A DNA stretch of 64,000 nt from Chiloscyllium plagiosum. Its lineage: Eukaryota. Every line of letters begins with the position of its first letter. Position 1 is the stretch's first letter. Shown here in pieces: positions 1 through 12,529 of this stretch. Location: positions 82,103,224-82,167,223 of the forward strand of contig NC_057719.1 of the NCBI RefSeq assembly GCF_004010195.1, written 5' to 3'. The notes under the pieces are model-generated. The model worked only from the letters and a program-made list of their open reading frames with translations. It had not been told where the DNA came from and searched no databases. The position numbers and the translations under genes are program-made.

Positions 1-289
1 GAATACGGGTTTTATTACATTTGATGTTAACACATTCCGAGCATGTAAGAGACTTAAATATACACTCTGGTTAGTTGTAGGTTAGATTAGTAGATAGTTG
101 AGTTTTGTTTGTTAATTTTTTCCTTTTTTTTTCTTTTTTTTTGTTTTGTTTTGGTTTTTTTGTTAAATTTTGGCTATTGTATATTTGAGCTAATTGTATA
201 TCAATGTTTATATCTGAGAGTTTTGTTTATTTTTGTAAACTTGTAAAAATGTTAAATTTCTAATAAAAATATCTATAATAAAAAAAAAA
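1..289 (+). mobile_element. Probable 3' UTR and poly(A) tail of an L1/Tx1-type LINE
   Basis: T-rich 3' UTR-like sequence followed by AATAAA (~262) and an A-run ending at ~289. Confidence 0.5.
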
Positions 290-599
290 TCACAGGTCAT
301 GCCTCAACTAGAAATAATAGGAAAACTTTGGCCAAATCACCTATTGCTGGGGCAGGATGGTAGTGAGCAATTAACAGAAACTATGGGAGAGTCAGGGGTT
401 AGTTGATCGTGTGCTGGGCAGAGAAGTCCTGCCGAGCACCAGACATGGTTGCTGGTTACAGGCACCACCTTTCAGAGGTGCCCATATCAACTCTCAAAAT
501 AGAAGATATTTGAACTATAAACCGGAATTATAACTGAACTGCTATGTGCCGAGAAGTGGCTAGGGGCTAGGAATCCTACAGCAAGTAATTCATTCCTGA

Positions 600-1000
600 T
601 TCCCCAACAACTGCCCACCATCTGCAAGGCACAAGTCAGGAGTGTGATGGAATACTCTCTGTTTGCCACAATGAGTGCAGTCAAGATGCTTGACACCATC
701 GGGAAGCATGCTTGATTAGCACTACATCTACAAACATTCACTTTCTGCATCGCCAATGCTCAGTTGCAGTTTTGTGTTCTGTCTACAAGTGGTTGTACAA
801 CAACTCACCAAAGTTCCTCCAACACGCCTTCTACCCTGACTTGGAAATATCTCGCCTTTTCTTCAGTGTGGTTGGGTCAAATTTCTGCAATTCCCTCCCT
901 GGGGACATTGTGGGCCAACCTACACCAAAAAAGGAATGCAGTGGTTCAAGAAGGCAGCTCACCACCACTTTCTCAAGGACAACTGGGTTTGCACAATAAA
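600..1000 (+). mobile_element. 3' fragment of a second RT-LINE family (CR1/L2 group, clade unassigned)
   Basis: Encodes decayed '(Y)KAQVRSVMEYS' motif; tail 'gcagtggttcaagaaggcagctcaccaccac...aataaa' recurs at 41335-41860. Confidence 0.7.
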
Positions 1001-1139
1001 TTAATTTTAAAAAAAACATTGAAAGCACCTTTGGAAGTGGGATGAGAGGAGAGAGGCTTGATATTGTTTCAAATAAAGTCTTCCTCCCCATCATGAGCAC
1101 TCCATTCAGAACCAACATACACCTTTCAGGTTGGGCCTG

Positions 1140-2172
1140 AATGTTCATTAAATTCCTTTATGGGATGTTGGCATCACTGGCCAGGCCAGCATTAATTGCC
1201 CAGAAAAGAATTAAGATTCAACTACACTGCTGTGAGTCTTGAGTCACATGAAAGCCACACCAGGAAAAAAAAACACCAAAATTGGAGGTGTAGTGGACAG
1301 CGAAGAGGGTTACCTCAGATTACAACAGGATCTGGACCAGATGGGCCAATTGGCTGAGAAGTGGCAGATGGAGTTTAATTCAGATAAATGCGAAGTGCTG
1401 CATTTTGGGAAAGCAAATCTTAGCAGGATGTATACACTTAATGGTAAGGTCCTAGGGAATGTTGCTGAACAAAGAGACCTTGGAGTGCAGGTTCCTAGCT
1501 CCTTGAAAGTGGAGTCGCAGGTAGATNNNNNNNNNNNNNNNNNNNNNNNNNNNNNNNNNNNNNNNGCTGAACAGGCTGGGGCTGTTTTCCCTGGAGCGTC
1601 GGAGGCTGAGGGATGACCTTATAGAGGTTTACAAAATTATGAGGGGCATAGATAGGATAAATAGACAAAGTCTTTTCCCTGGGGTTGGGGAGTCCAGAAC
1701 TAGAGGGCATAGGTTTAGGGTGAGAGGGGAAAGATATAAAAGAGACCTAAGGGGCAGCTTTTTCACGCACGTACGTGTATGGAATGAGCTGCCAGAGGAT
1801 GTAGTGGAGGCTGGTACAATTGCAACATTTAAGAGGCATTTGGATGGGTATTGAATAGGAAGGATTTGGACAGATATGGGCCGGGTGCTGGCAGGTGGGA
1901 CTAGATTGGATCGAAGGGTGTGTTTCCATGCTGTACATCGCTATGACTCTATGACCAGGTAAAGACAGCAGTTTCCTTCCCCAAAACGATTTTAGTGAAT
2001 CAGACAAGTTTTTTTATCCCCCACCTCAAATGACGATAGTTTCTGACTGTTAATTCCAAGTTTTTATTGAGTTCAAATGGCAACATCTGCCATGACCAAA
2101 TTTGAAACCCAGTTCCCTGGGTCTACTAGATTAATAGTCTAGCGATTAATACCACAAAGCCATTGCCTCCCC
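1140..2172 (-). mobile_element. tRNA-derived SINE with the tail of the second LINE family, split by a CR1 insertion (1262-1955)
   Basis: Both halves resemble the reverse complement of the copy at 23921-24235; 'accagg' lies on both sides of the CR1. Confidence 0.55.
1262..1955 (+). mobile_element. 5'-truncated CR1 LINE (HER1-like); contains assembly gap 1527-1565
   Basis: ORF2 C-terminal peptides 'LQQDLDQMGQLAEKWQMEFNSDKCEVLHFG' and 'SRTRGHRFRVRG...VWNELPE'; (ctatgact)n tail. Confidence 0.92.
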
Positions 2173-2739
2173 TAATTTGAAAATGGTCAATGATTGCCTC
2201 AGAGTTTAGCGACATACTAAATTGACATCCATTTGGAGGTTACAGAGCAAGGGAGATCCGATCATTGGCCAGAAGAAGCCACCTAATGACCAAGGAGACC
2301 TGATGGCCAGTAGCTGCAGGGGTCAGCACCCAAAGGGTCCTTAATCCCAAGGGTGAGTCTGAGTGCGTGCTGCACCAATTGTGTTTGAAAGGTGGGTGAG
2401 GACAGTGCTGGGAGGAGGGGCTGCAATTTTTCTTGAACATGTGACTTGATCAATTAACTTAATCAACCGCTGTTGCTGTTTAATGTTTGTTCTGGAGCCT
2501 CAACATTAGAAGTAAGTTGGCACTGGAGACATGGCATTGTTCACAGAATGATGGAGCCCAGAAAGGCCATTAAATCCATCTTGCTAGTACCATCCCTTTG
2601 AAGGGACTATCCAATGAGCCACACCTACTTTCTCTTTCCCTTTAACAGAGTACAGTTTTCAGCTTCAAGTATTTATCCAATTCCCCTTTTGAAAGTTATG
2701 CTTGAACTTTACCTGTAACATGCATTCTACCATTATTGG

Positions 2740-2950
2740 GCATGTCTTCAGTTGCCTCGGCCCTTCCTAACCCTTTCCACGTCTCTGCTTTTAAGATGTG
2801 CCTGAATACATACCTCATGACTGAGCTCTTGGCCACCCTTCCTAATAATTCTTCATGTGGCCTCAGGAACTACTTTCTTCAATAACATGACTCTGAAGTA
2901 CCTTCAAATATTTTGTTCCATGAAAGGCACTATGTAAATGCAAATTAGTT
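2740..2950 (+). mobile_element. Decayed L2-type LINE 3' end
   Basis: Ends in 'aaggcactatgtaaatgcaa', the L2-type tail seen reversed at 16305, 28600 and 32280. Confidence 0.45.
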
Positions 2951-3319
2951 ATATTCTGACAGCAAAGCGCCATGAGGGATGGTTACTTAACATCGGTATT
3001 GAAGCCTTCAAATGTTGCTGCGTTTGATTTGTAGTTTCTGTCAAATGCTTCATTAAACTGGCATGGATAAATCATGCCACTGACTAGATGGTTCAAATAA
3101 ACTCCTTCTATGCAATGGGTTATCCTGGTTTCAACAATCCTGTTCAAATTCTTTCTGCTGGAACGTGTACAGTTTATAGCAATAGTAAATAGTTACATTT
3201 CAAAACAAACGGTTCACAATGGGCCTCTCAACCTCAGTCAACAGACTCTCCATTCTGTGTGATATCTGTGCTCCAAAAAAAAACTATTGGGCCCCTTGAG
3301 GAAGGAGACAAATAACTAT

Positions 3320-3970
3320 TATATCAACAAAAAAATATAATCTAACAGTACAAACTCCAGTGCATCAATATGGAGCGTCAGAGGCTGAGGGGTGACCTTA
3401 TAGAGGTTTACAAAATTATGAGGGGCATGGGTAGGATAAATAGGCAAAGTCTTTTCCCTGGGGTGGGGGAGTCCAGAACTAGAGGGCATAGGTTTAGGGT
3501 GAGAGGGGAAAGATATAAAAGGGACCTAAGGGGCAATTCTTTTCACACAGAGGGTGGTACAGGTATGAAATGAGCTGCCAGAGGAAGTGGTGGAGGCTGG
3601 TACAATTGCAACATTTAAAAGGCATTTGGATGGGTATATGAATAGGAAGGGTTTGGAGGGATATGGGCTGGGTGCTGGCAGGTGGGACTAGATTGGGTTG
3701 GGATATCTGGTCGGCATGGACGGGTTGGACCAAAGGGTCTGTTTCCATGCTGTACATTTCTATGACTATGACTCTATGATTCCAAATCAATCAATATATA
3801 GTTCTACTGATTCTAATTTATTAACATAAACTCAATATATCAACACCAATTCCAATCGGAGTATAATCTCCAGAGTATCCATACTGATTCCAATCTATTA
3901 ATATAAACTCCAATGTAACAATACTAATTGCTATGAATAAATATTAATGTTTAATTATTAATATTAATCG
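3320..3970. repeat. Degenerate AT-rich minisatellite (~40 bp unit) interrupted by a CR1 copy
   Basis: Recurring 'atactgattccaatctattaatataaactcca'-like units on both sides of the CR1. Confidence 0.5.
3372..3780 (+). mobile_element. CR1 LINE 3' fragment (young)
   Basis: 'RLRGDLIEVYKIMRGMGRINRQSLFPGVGESRTRGH'; nearly identical to 1590-1955; possible TSD atcaatat at 3364-3371 and 3790-3797. Confidence 0.92.
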
Positions 3971-4067
3971 GTACTGTGGGAATCCCTTAAACAGTGACGA
4001 CAAAAAAATTTGGTGAATGTTGAAATTCGTTGAGGTAGGGAGGGGACCAGAATGAAGCTAGGGAGGC

Positions 4068-4345
4068 CAGGAACCGGGGTCGCAGTCTAAGGATACAGGA
4101 TAAATCATTTAGGACTGAGATAAGGAGAAATCTCCTCACCCAGAGAGATGTGAATCTGTGGAATTCTCTGCCATAGAAACCAATTGAGGCAAAAACATTG
4201 AATGTATTCGAGAAGGAGTCAGATATAGTTCTGAAGGGCTAAAGGAATCAAACAGTGTGGGAAGAAAGCAGGAACACAATAGTGAATTGGGTGATCAGCT
4301 ATGAATGGAGGCCTACCCCTGTCTCTATTTTCTCTGTTTCTACGA
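4068..4345 (+). mobile_element. CR1 3' fragment, older subfamily
   Basis: Decayed 'RTRGHSLRIRG...FTQRVVNLWNSLP' coding segment followed by a CR1-type 3' UTR. Confidence 0.7.
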
Positions 4346-4929
4346 CATACTAAATACTTGAAACAAAGGAGCAATAATGAATAAGGAATTAAGTAAAAGC
4401 AATTAATAAAATCTATGGGAATAAAATTTTAATTAATACTTAGAGGAGAGCAACATTAAATGAAAATCTAGTATATGTATGTAATTGCGATAGGTTATTT
4501 GAGACTTGTTTCATGTAGTTGCTCTGCTGTCTGTGTGTGTGAGGAGTGCCTACAGTTGCACAAGCAGAAGCTCAGAGTCTCTGAGGTTGAGGAGTGGTTG
4601 GGTCCACATCAGAGGCTGGGAGTTCCTTAAAATGCCAATTCCAACAGGCTCAACCAGAGGCATGTGAATGGCCAAGTCACACAGCAGTAAAACATCCAAA
4701 ATACTTCATAGGAGAATCGTCAAACTAAACTTGAGTCAAAGGAGGAGATCAAAATTTAAAGAGGAGATAGCAGATTTTTAATTCATAATGGGTTAAACAG
4801 CTACAGATTGTAGACAGGAAAGTGGAGTTGAAGCTGATTTGAGATCAGCCATGATCATATTGAATGGGAGAGCAGGCTCAAGGGGCGGAACTGTCTACTC
4901 CTGCTCCTAGTTTTGAAGTTCTAATGCCA

Positions 4930-6050
4930 TTCCTGCTTTGTCAAGTGAGGCCCTGGAGGCTGCAGGAATCCACCATAATATAGGACATTCTGTTCAGGAT
5001 GTACTGCATTGAAATATGTGCAATGTTGTACCTCTCCTCAGTTTTCGTTTGTGAACTCTTGACGTGGGTCATCAGCCAGTTTTGAAGAGGGGAGCCCTCC
5101 TGAGTGACCAATCAGCCCTGCCTCTTCCAGGGTGTGCTAGAATGTAGGGGTTGTGACAGCTCCCTGGATAGCCCTGGGCTGCAGATCTGTGGTGTCAGAT
5201 TGCCATGACCACAGGTGGTCCACACTTTCCTGAAGTGGAAGCCTTTCCTATTAATAAACACTGCTGGTTGCTGAGAGGGCACTCTGATTGTTATGTCGCT
5301 CACCAGCTCACTTTCTGTTACCTGTTGACCTTCCAACCTCCTCCTGTTTCTGCTGAGCCCTTCAACATCACCCTCACCATTCAGGGCCAAATGTTCCTGC
5401 TGATCACCACCAGCTCCCCACCACCCCGAATGAGCCCACCATCTATGCCCCATCTTTCCTTATAAAGATATTTCATTTCCTCCAGTCCCTCACCAGGGCA
5501 TATGATTCTTCCCTCAGTTTCCAACTACCACAAAACCACATCCAACTGCCCCCTCTCATTGTGCCCCTTCCTTACCCTGCACAATACCCTTCCCAAACAT
5601 GAGCTACCTTGCAGCATGGATATGCCCTAAAGAAAGCCTACACCATCTATGCCCCTGATTGATGCCCATTTACCTTTCATCCCCTTTTCTGCTTTCATGG
5701 TTTCCATGCTTTCCATCCACTTGCCCCTCAGCCACCAGCAGCTCTCTGTCATTTGCCAGTCATGTTTGTAAGATACCCCAGCCTGTTTTTAGATGTGTCG
5801 TCTGTGCTCGCAGACTTTACAGGGCAAGGAAATGCGGTATGTCAGGGTCAGAGCAGCCAAAGTCCTGGGAGAGGTTGGGGACCAAGGTACAGACAACCAA
5901 ACTCTAGATGTGGTCATGTATCGGAAATGTTGAGTTTCTCAATCACGTTGAACTTAGTGATGAAGGCTGTTTTAATTCCAGTGTTTCGTGAGATGTTACG
6001 GCACACAGATAGGTTTCTTAGTACCTGCTGTTGAGAGGGTTGAAACCCCC
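4930..6050 (-). mobile_element. Possible highly decayed Tx1/L1 5' part (ORF1 zinc knuckles and start of ORF2 endonuclease)
   Basis: Minus-strand reads 'GCLYLGPQP' (cf. GYLxYAGQP) and 'CKVCEHRRH' (cf. CxxCxxxGH); 'NIAHIS...FLQ' near 5030-4960; heavily frameshifted. Confidence 0.35.
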
Positions 6051-6740
6051 TGCCAGTGTAGGGGAGGGTACCTAATGCCTATAATGTAACTGCACGGTGA
6101 GAATCTGATTTTGTTTTGTCTCTCACACACCCACCTTCTTCTCATCACATCTTGGACCAAATAAAGTCCCGCCTGTGATGGTTAGGTCAATGACCTCTCA
6201 TCAGAACCTGGGAATCATCAATTAGTACAATTTAAAAAAACAGTTACTTGGATTGTGTTCCCCATGGCCACAGCTTGAGACGTGAATGAATTCTGACACA
6301 TCTTGAGACTGGTTAATTTTCTGCTCACATCTATCAATATTTTCCCAGCACCTTTTCTTAAAAGAGGTTAATTGGTAAAACTTCAGCTGCTTCTACTCCG
6401 AGCCAATTCCACATTTCCACTCCACTCTGGAGGAAAGGAAAACATTCTAACCTTGAATTTTCCTCAAGGCAGTTGGTTTAGTTCTGCGCTCTCTATGTTA
6501 AATAACTTGCTTCCTGACATTAAACATAGCTCGGAGCATTTGAAAAGAGCTGAATTCTGAATCCCTGTCAGTCTTGCTTCCAGTGAAAGCAACTTAGTCC
6601 TGTGGCACATTGGGATCGAATCCCTGTGGGAACTCTCTCCAAAGCCTCCTCCAACAGAGCAAGTTCCTCACAAATCCTGCACATGTGCCCTGAAGGGCCA
6701 ATGGTGCCAGTTCCCTGCAGGTCTTTCATCAAAGCAATTT

Positions 6741-7087
6741 CATAGGATCCCTACAGTATGGAAACAGGCTATTTGGTCCATCGAGTCCAAACTGACTTTC
6801 CAAAGTGCATCCCACCCAGACTCATTCCCCACCCTATCCATTAACCTTGCATTTCCCATGACTAAACCACTAGCCTGCACATCTATGGACACTATGGGCA
6901 ATTTAGCATGGCCAGTCCACCTAACTTGCACATCTTTGGAGTATGGCAAGAAACCAAAGCACCTGGAGGAAACACAGACATAAGGAGAATGAGCAAACTC
7001 TACACACAGTTGCTGGAGGGTGGAATCGAAAGTACGTCCCTGGTTCTGTGAGACAGCAGTGCTAACCACTGAGCCATCAGGCCACCC
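6741..7087 (-). mobile_element. HE1-like V-SINE
   Basis: tRNA-like head 'tggctcagtggttagcactgctg', V-domain 'tgtgtagagtttgc..ttctcc', CR1-type tail. Confidence 0.88.
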
Positions 7088-7917
7088 CTTGCCTCATGTC
7101 CTATTGACACTGCAATCTACTAATCTCTGAAGTCATTCCAACACATTGATATCCCTCCTGAAAATATAGCATTCAAAACTGCACATAAAAACAGTCTTTC
7201 TCAACATGAAATGTCTCTTAGAATTAAAGTGCTTTTGAGGTACATTAGCAGTGCATGTGTGCAAATTCACCAACATATAGGTATAGCACGTTTTGTTAAA
7301 AAAAACTGTAATGTCTTTTCTAAAATAGACACAAGGAGTATTATAAAATGGCTCCCAAAAACACTTGACTTCTCTAAAGTTTGCACATGGAGAGCAGAAA
7401 ATCAGGCTGTGTTCTCTTAAGAGTCAATCTACAGAGAATAATCCAAGGATTCTAGGACTGTGTGTTGAAAGTTTGAAGTATGCAAAGACTCGAAACTTCT
7501 GTAGTATTGAACAGGAGACAAGCAAAAGGACATCTCAAGAAATTCCAGCCTTCATTTCATGGAGCAATGATTCAAAGCTATCATTTGCAGCCATTTTATT
7601 TAAATTTGATAAAAGCTGGCTGAGGACAGCCATCTGAGGAGAACCATCTGAACGCCATGAGCAAGGCATCTTGAAACTGAAACTGCTTCTCAACAGGGAG
7701 ACAGTGGGAGGCATAGACAAACCAGCTAAATGACTGCTGTACAGAAGCAGCCTATATTGCTGTCGAAGTAAAACGAAGAAGCCTTCACTCACTGTTATGC
7801 TCAGTTCACATTTGTGAACAACCTTCAACTATTTGACTACATAAGCCATCACTTGACTTCAAATTTAACCGCCCCCTTCCCTTTAGAAAGAGAAAAGTTC
7901 TGAGCGAGCTAGATCTT

Positions 7918-9425
7918 TTCATAGATTTATACAGTCCAGAACAGGCCCTTCGGCCCATCGAGTCTGTACCGACATAACTACTACTAGAAGTGCACTAATC
8001 ACAATTTCCTGTGCTTGTCCCATATCCTTGAATGTTACGATATTTGAAGTACTCATCCAAATATATTTTAAAGGTTGTAAGGTTCTAGGCAGTGCATTTC
8101 AGATTTCCACCACCTGCTGAGTACTTTTTCCCAAATTCTCTCTGAATCTCCAGTCCCTTACCCTAAAACCATGCCCTCTTGTGATTGATCCCTCGACCAG
8201 GGAGACAATAGCTATTCTTTATTCATCCTGTCCATACCCCTCATAATCTTATACATCTCAATCACATCCCCTCTCAGTTTCCTCTGCTCAAAAGAAAACA
8301 ATCCAAGCCTTTCTAATCTCTCATTATTGTTCAATTTCTCCCTCCCGGGCGACATCCTGGTGAATCTACTCTGTATTCCTTCCAGCGCTATCACATCCTC
8401 CTGTAGTGAGGTGACCAGAACAACACAGAACTTCAGTTGCAGCCTGACCAATGTTCTGCCTCCTTGCTCTTATACTCTATGCCATGTGTCTCATATGTCT
8501 TCTTAACTGTCCTATTCATTTGCTCTGCCGACTTCAGAGATTTGTCAATAATTATCCAAAGATCCCTCTGTTCCTCTAAGATACCCGGTATCCTGCCATT
8601 CATTAAATGCTCTCTCATCTTGTTTCTTCATCCAAAGTGCATCATCTTGCACTTATCAGGATTTAATACCATCTGCCACTGGTCTGCCCATCTGACCAGC
8701 CCATCTATATTTTCCTGTAACCTACAACCATCTCCTTCACTCTTAACCACTCCATCAATTTTGGTGTCATCTATAAATTTGCTTAACATTCCCTCCCACA
8801 TTTTCATCTCAATCATTTATATATATAAAACAATCAATCAATGAGGGTCCAAATATCGATCCTTGTGGTATGCAGCTGGACACTGGCCTCTAGTCACTCA
8901 AACAGCCTTCTACCACTACCCTTTGTGTCCTATTACTAATTAGTTTTTGATCCATCTCACCAAGTTTCCCTTAATTCCACGTACTTTAACCATCTCAATC
9001 AATCTCTCATGTGGATTGTCAAAAGCTGTGCTAAAATCCATATAAGCTACATCATTGAACTTCCCTTATCTGCACACTTGATCACATTTTCAAATAATTC
9101 TAATATATTTGTTTGTTAGGCCTCACCTCCCTCTGACAAAGCCATGCTGACTATCCCTAACTAACCTATATATTTCCAAATGGGTGTTAACTCACTCCTT
9201 CAGAGTTTTCTCCAATAGTTTCCCTATCACTGACATGAGACTCACCAGTCTGTAATTTCCTGGTTCATCCCTACCACCTCTCTTAAAAAGTGGAAGACAT
9301 TAGACATCCTCCAGTCCTCTGGCATTTCCCCTGTATCCAGAGCGGAATTAAAAATTTGGGTCACAGCCCTTACAATTTCCTGCCTCATCTCTCCGAGAAG
9401 CCAGAGATGCAATTAACCGGGACCA
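7918..9425 (-). mobile_element. CR1 LINE ORF2 (RT domain to 3' end), decayed
   Basis: 'SKFIDDTKIDG...LVRWADQWQMVLNPDKCKMMHFG' and 'LGLFSFEQRKLRGDVIEMYKIMRG'. Confidence 0.88.
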
Positions 9426-10049
9426 GGGGATTTGTCTTTTTTAATCCCACCGAAGCCTCCATTTCCTATATAAAACTGTACAAGTTACTCACCATCCCTT
9501 TTTCCTAAATTACATACCTCCATTCTCCTTTTCCAGAGCAAAGACCAAAGAGAAGTATTCATTCAACATCCTTCCAATATCCTATTCTCACACAGGTTGC
9601 TCCCTTGATTAGAGGCTGACCTCATTTTAATCATCATATATAACCTTTATTCTTACTTACTTTAAATCTTTGCATATGTATTTGTTAGCCTGACCTTTAC
9701 TAGTGTTACCTAAATGACTTTCACTAACTGTTATGTAATAAACTAATCTTTTATATTGCTTGAAGCATACAATTGTGCTGCTGGCTAGTTTTACATTGAA
9801 AAGTTGAAAATTAAAAGGGGCTACATTACAAGGATATATAAATTCTTTGTTCATTATGTGGATGTGACAGCAACATGGAAACTCCTTTGTACTAGCAATA
9901 TATTATAAACAGAAATGGAACCAGTATCTAATTCATAACAGTGATGTGCTGGGGGTGAGAAATAGGAACAAGAATCGATTGTTCAGCCCCTTAAGCAGTT
10001 TGTACCATTCTAATTGTATTTTTGGCTCATCCTCAGGATTTAACTTGGA

Positions 10050-10700
10050 TTTGCAAGCCAAGTTCCCATCTCTAATTGCCTTTGAGATATTGTTGAATAT
10101 TTTGTAGGCCATTTCAGAGGGGCAGTTAAGGGTGAACGATACTGCTTTTTGTCTGAAGTCACATGTAGGCCAGATGAGGTAACCTCAGATTTCACTCCTT
10201 AGACAGTGTCACTGTACCCGGTGACTTTTTTTTTTAGTTGGCAACAACCCGATAGTTTTTTTTAGATTAGATTAGATTAGATTACTTACAGTGTGGAAAC
10301 AGGCCCTTCCACACCGCCCCGCCGAAGCGCAACCCACCCATACCCCTACATTTACCCCTTACCTAACACTACGGGCAATTTAGCATGGTTAATTCACCTG
10401 ACCTGCACATCTTTGGACTGTGGGAGGAAACCGGAGCACCCGGAGGAAACCCACGCAGACACGGGGAGAACGTGCAAACTCCACACAGTCAGTCGCCTGA
10501 GGCGGGAATTGAACCCGGGTCTCTGGCGCTGTGAGGCAGCAGTGCTAACCACTGTGCCACCGTGCCGCCCACAAATTTTATGATCATTATTTTTGAAATT
10601 AGCTTTTAATTCCAGATTTTATTTGATTAACTGAATTTAAATTCCTCAAGCTGCCATGGGAACTGAATCTTTTGTCCACTCTCCTGGATTAACATAATCA
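10050..10700 (-). mobile_element. tRNA-derived SINE (23921-type) split by the HE1 copy at 10264-10570
   Basis: 'gccatttcagaggggcagttaag...gtcacatgtaggccaga' and 'aattccagattt...ctgccatgg' segments. Confidence 0.5.
10264..10570 (-). mobile_element. HE1-like V-SINE, young full-length copy
   Basis: Minus strand has A box TGGCACAGTGG, B box GTTCAATTCC, an intact CpG-rich V-domain and an (aatct)n tail. Confidence 0.93.
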
Positions 10701-10929
10701 TTGCACTACTATTCTCATAAGTCATCTGGATCTTAATGCCTAGACTCAGCAAAATTCTGTTTTTGTCAATCTTGAACATTTCAGTTAAACCAGCATTGGC
10801 AAACGTATGGGCGACAGAGTTCCGCATTTCCACTCCCCTTGTGTTAAAAACTGCTTCCTGATTTCACTTCTAATCTACCTAGACTTATTTTAAAGTTGTT
10901 CTCCTCTGCATTCTCCAACCAGAAAAGCA

Positions 10930-11225
10930 CTAGAAACATATTTATATGGCGCCACGGAAGGAGATATGTGAGCCAGTGGCCACAGGCTTGATTGAGGAAG
11001 TCGGTTTTAAGGAACGTTTCATTGATGGAAAGAGCTACAGAGTGAAGGAGATTTGGGGGCATGAGACTAACACTAGAGTAATCAGATGGAGGGGAACACA
11101 AGCAGTTAGAACTAGAGGAGGCAGGATGTCTCAGAGGATCACAAACCTATGGAGATTACAGAGATGGGGAAGACTGAAACAGAATTCAGAATTAAGCTGT
11201 TGCTTAACTGGGAGTAAGTGCAGAT
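10930..11225 (-). mobile_element. L2 LINE 3' fragment
   Basis: Similar to 28598-29155 ('gagattacagagatggggaaga', 'aaacatatttatatggcgcc'). Confidence 0.55.
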
Positions 11226-11359
11226 CCTCGTCATTTAGCCTCAAAGTCCTGGTATTATTCTGGTGAATATGCAAGACCAATTTGTCTTCCCTGAGAGGTA
11301 GTAGGCAAAACTGAATGTAGACGGATACTGACCCAAACTCCGTACAATTGAAGTATTAA

Positions 11360-11760
11360 AATCCCTACTGTGGAAAGAGGCCATTCAGCCTACACTGACC
11401 ATTCAAAGAGCATCCTACCTAGACTCAGTCCCCTACCTTATCCCCATAACCCCACATTCCCCATGGCTAATCTACCTAACCCGCACATCCCTAGAAACTC
11501 TGGGGCAATTTATGACATTCCTGATGAAGGGCTTATGCCCGAAATGTCGATTCTCCTGCTCCTTGGATGCTGCCTGACCTGCTGTGCTTTCCCAGCAACA
11601 CACTCTCGGCAATTTATCAGTCAATCCACCTAACCCACACTTCTTTATATTGTGGGACAAAGCCACAGAATTCCACACAGACAATCACCCAAAGCCAGAA
11701 TCAAACTCAGGCCCCTTACACTGTGAGGCAGCAGTGCTAACCACTGAGCCACCATGCTGC
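11360..11760 (-). mobile_element. HE1-like V-SINE containing a nested PLE-derived insert
   Basis: 'gtgaggcagcagtgctaaccactgagccacc' head; insert at 11514-11607. Confidence 0.85.
11514..11607 (+). mobile_element. Short PLE-derived insert with minimal hammerhead core
   Basis: CTGATGA-A-GGGC-TTAT-GCCC-GAAA-TGTC at 11521-11548; perfect 10-bp TSD ggcaatttat at 11504-11513 and 11608-11617. Confidence 0.85.
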
Positions 11761-12049
11761 AATTACATTCCGACTTGTGTGTTTCAAGCCCCTTGAGAGA
11801 AAGGAGACACTGGTTTCTTTTGTTTGAATAGTGTCAGGTACTTTGTTAGGCTTATATCCAATCTAACACCTGTTTGGTGTTATTTAATTTTGAGCTATCT
11901 ATAAAATCCTAAAGTCTGAAATTCTTGTTAGGAATAACAAAGGGTAAACAGAAAAATCTTATTGGGTAACAAATGCAATTTGTCTTAACATTTAACCAGT
12001 CAAGGTTCAAATGAACCGATAAACATGGGCGTGTGTGCACATTCATTAT

Positions 12050-12340
12050 GTGGCAGTACAGAGGTTAGCACTGCTGCCTCACATCACCAGGGACCCAGGT
12101 TTGATTCCACCCTTGGGCAACTGAGTTTGCACATTCTCCCTACGTCTACATGGGTTTCCCCCCACAGTCCAAAGATGTGCAGGTTAGGTGGATTAGCCAG
12201 GGGAAATACAGGGTTACTGTGATGCTGGGGGGCAGGAGGGGAATGGGTGAATGGGTGAATCTGGGTGGGATAACTCTTCAGGGGGTCAGCGTGCACTCAA
12301 TGCACCAAATAGCCTGCTTCCACAGTGAGGATTCTATTAT
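12050..12340 (+). mobile_element. HE1-like V-SINE
   Basis: 'ggttagcactgctgcctcaca...ccaggtttgattcc...gtttgcacattctccc...cacagtccaaagatgtgcaggttagg'. Confidence 0.87.
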
Positions 12341-12529
12341 CTTTTATAAAATAGGAGCCTGCTCTGCCATTCAATGACATCATAGCTAATCTGTTTACGT
12401 TTCAATTTCCACATTCCCATCTTTCTCTGATCACATTTGATATCTCTGTCTAACAAGAACCTATCCATCTCTGTCTTAAAAAGTGACCCACATCCACTCT
12501 CTTCAGGTTATGAGATGACAGAAGTTCAA

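Noticed and set aside
7365..7910. Unique-looking segment with 90- and 97-aa ORFs, possibly LTR-like
   Set aside because: No TG...CA termini, TSD or protein motif could be established
10495..10570. tRNA gene-like A/B boxes (also at 25637 and other SINE heads)
   Set aside because: Continue directly into SINE bodies; no complete cloverleaf or terminator
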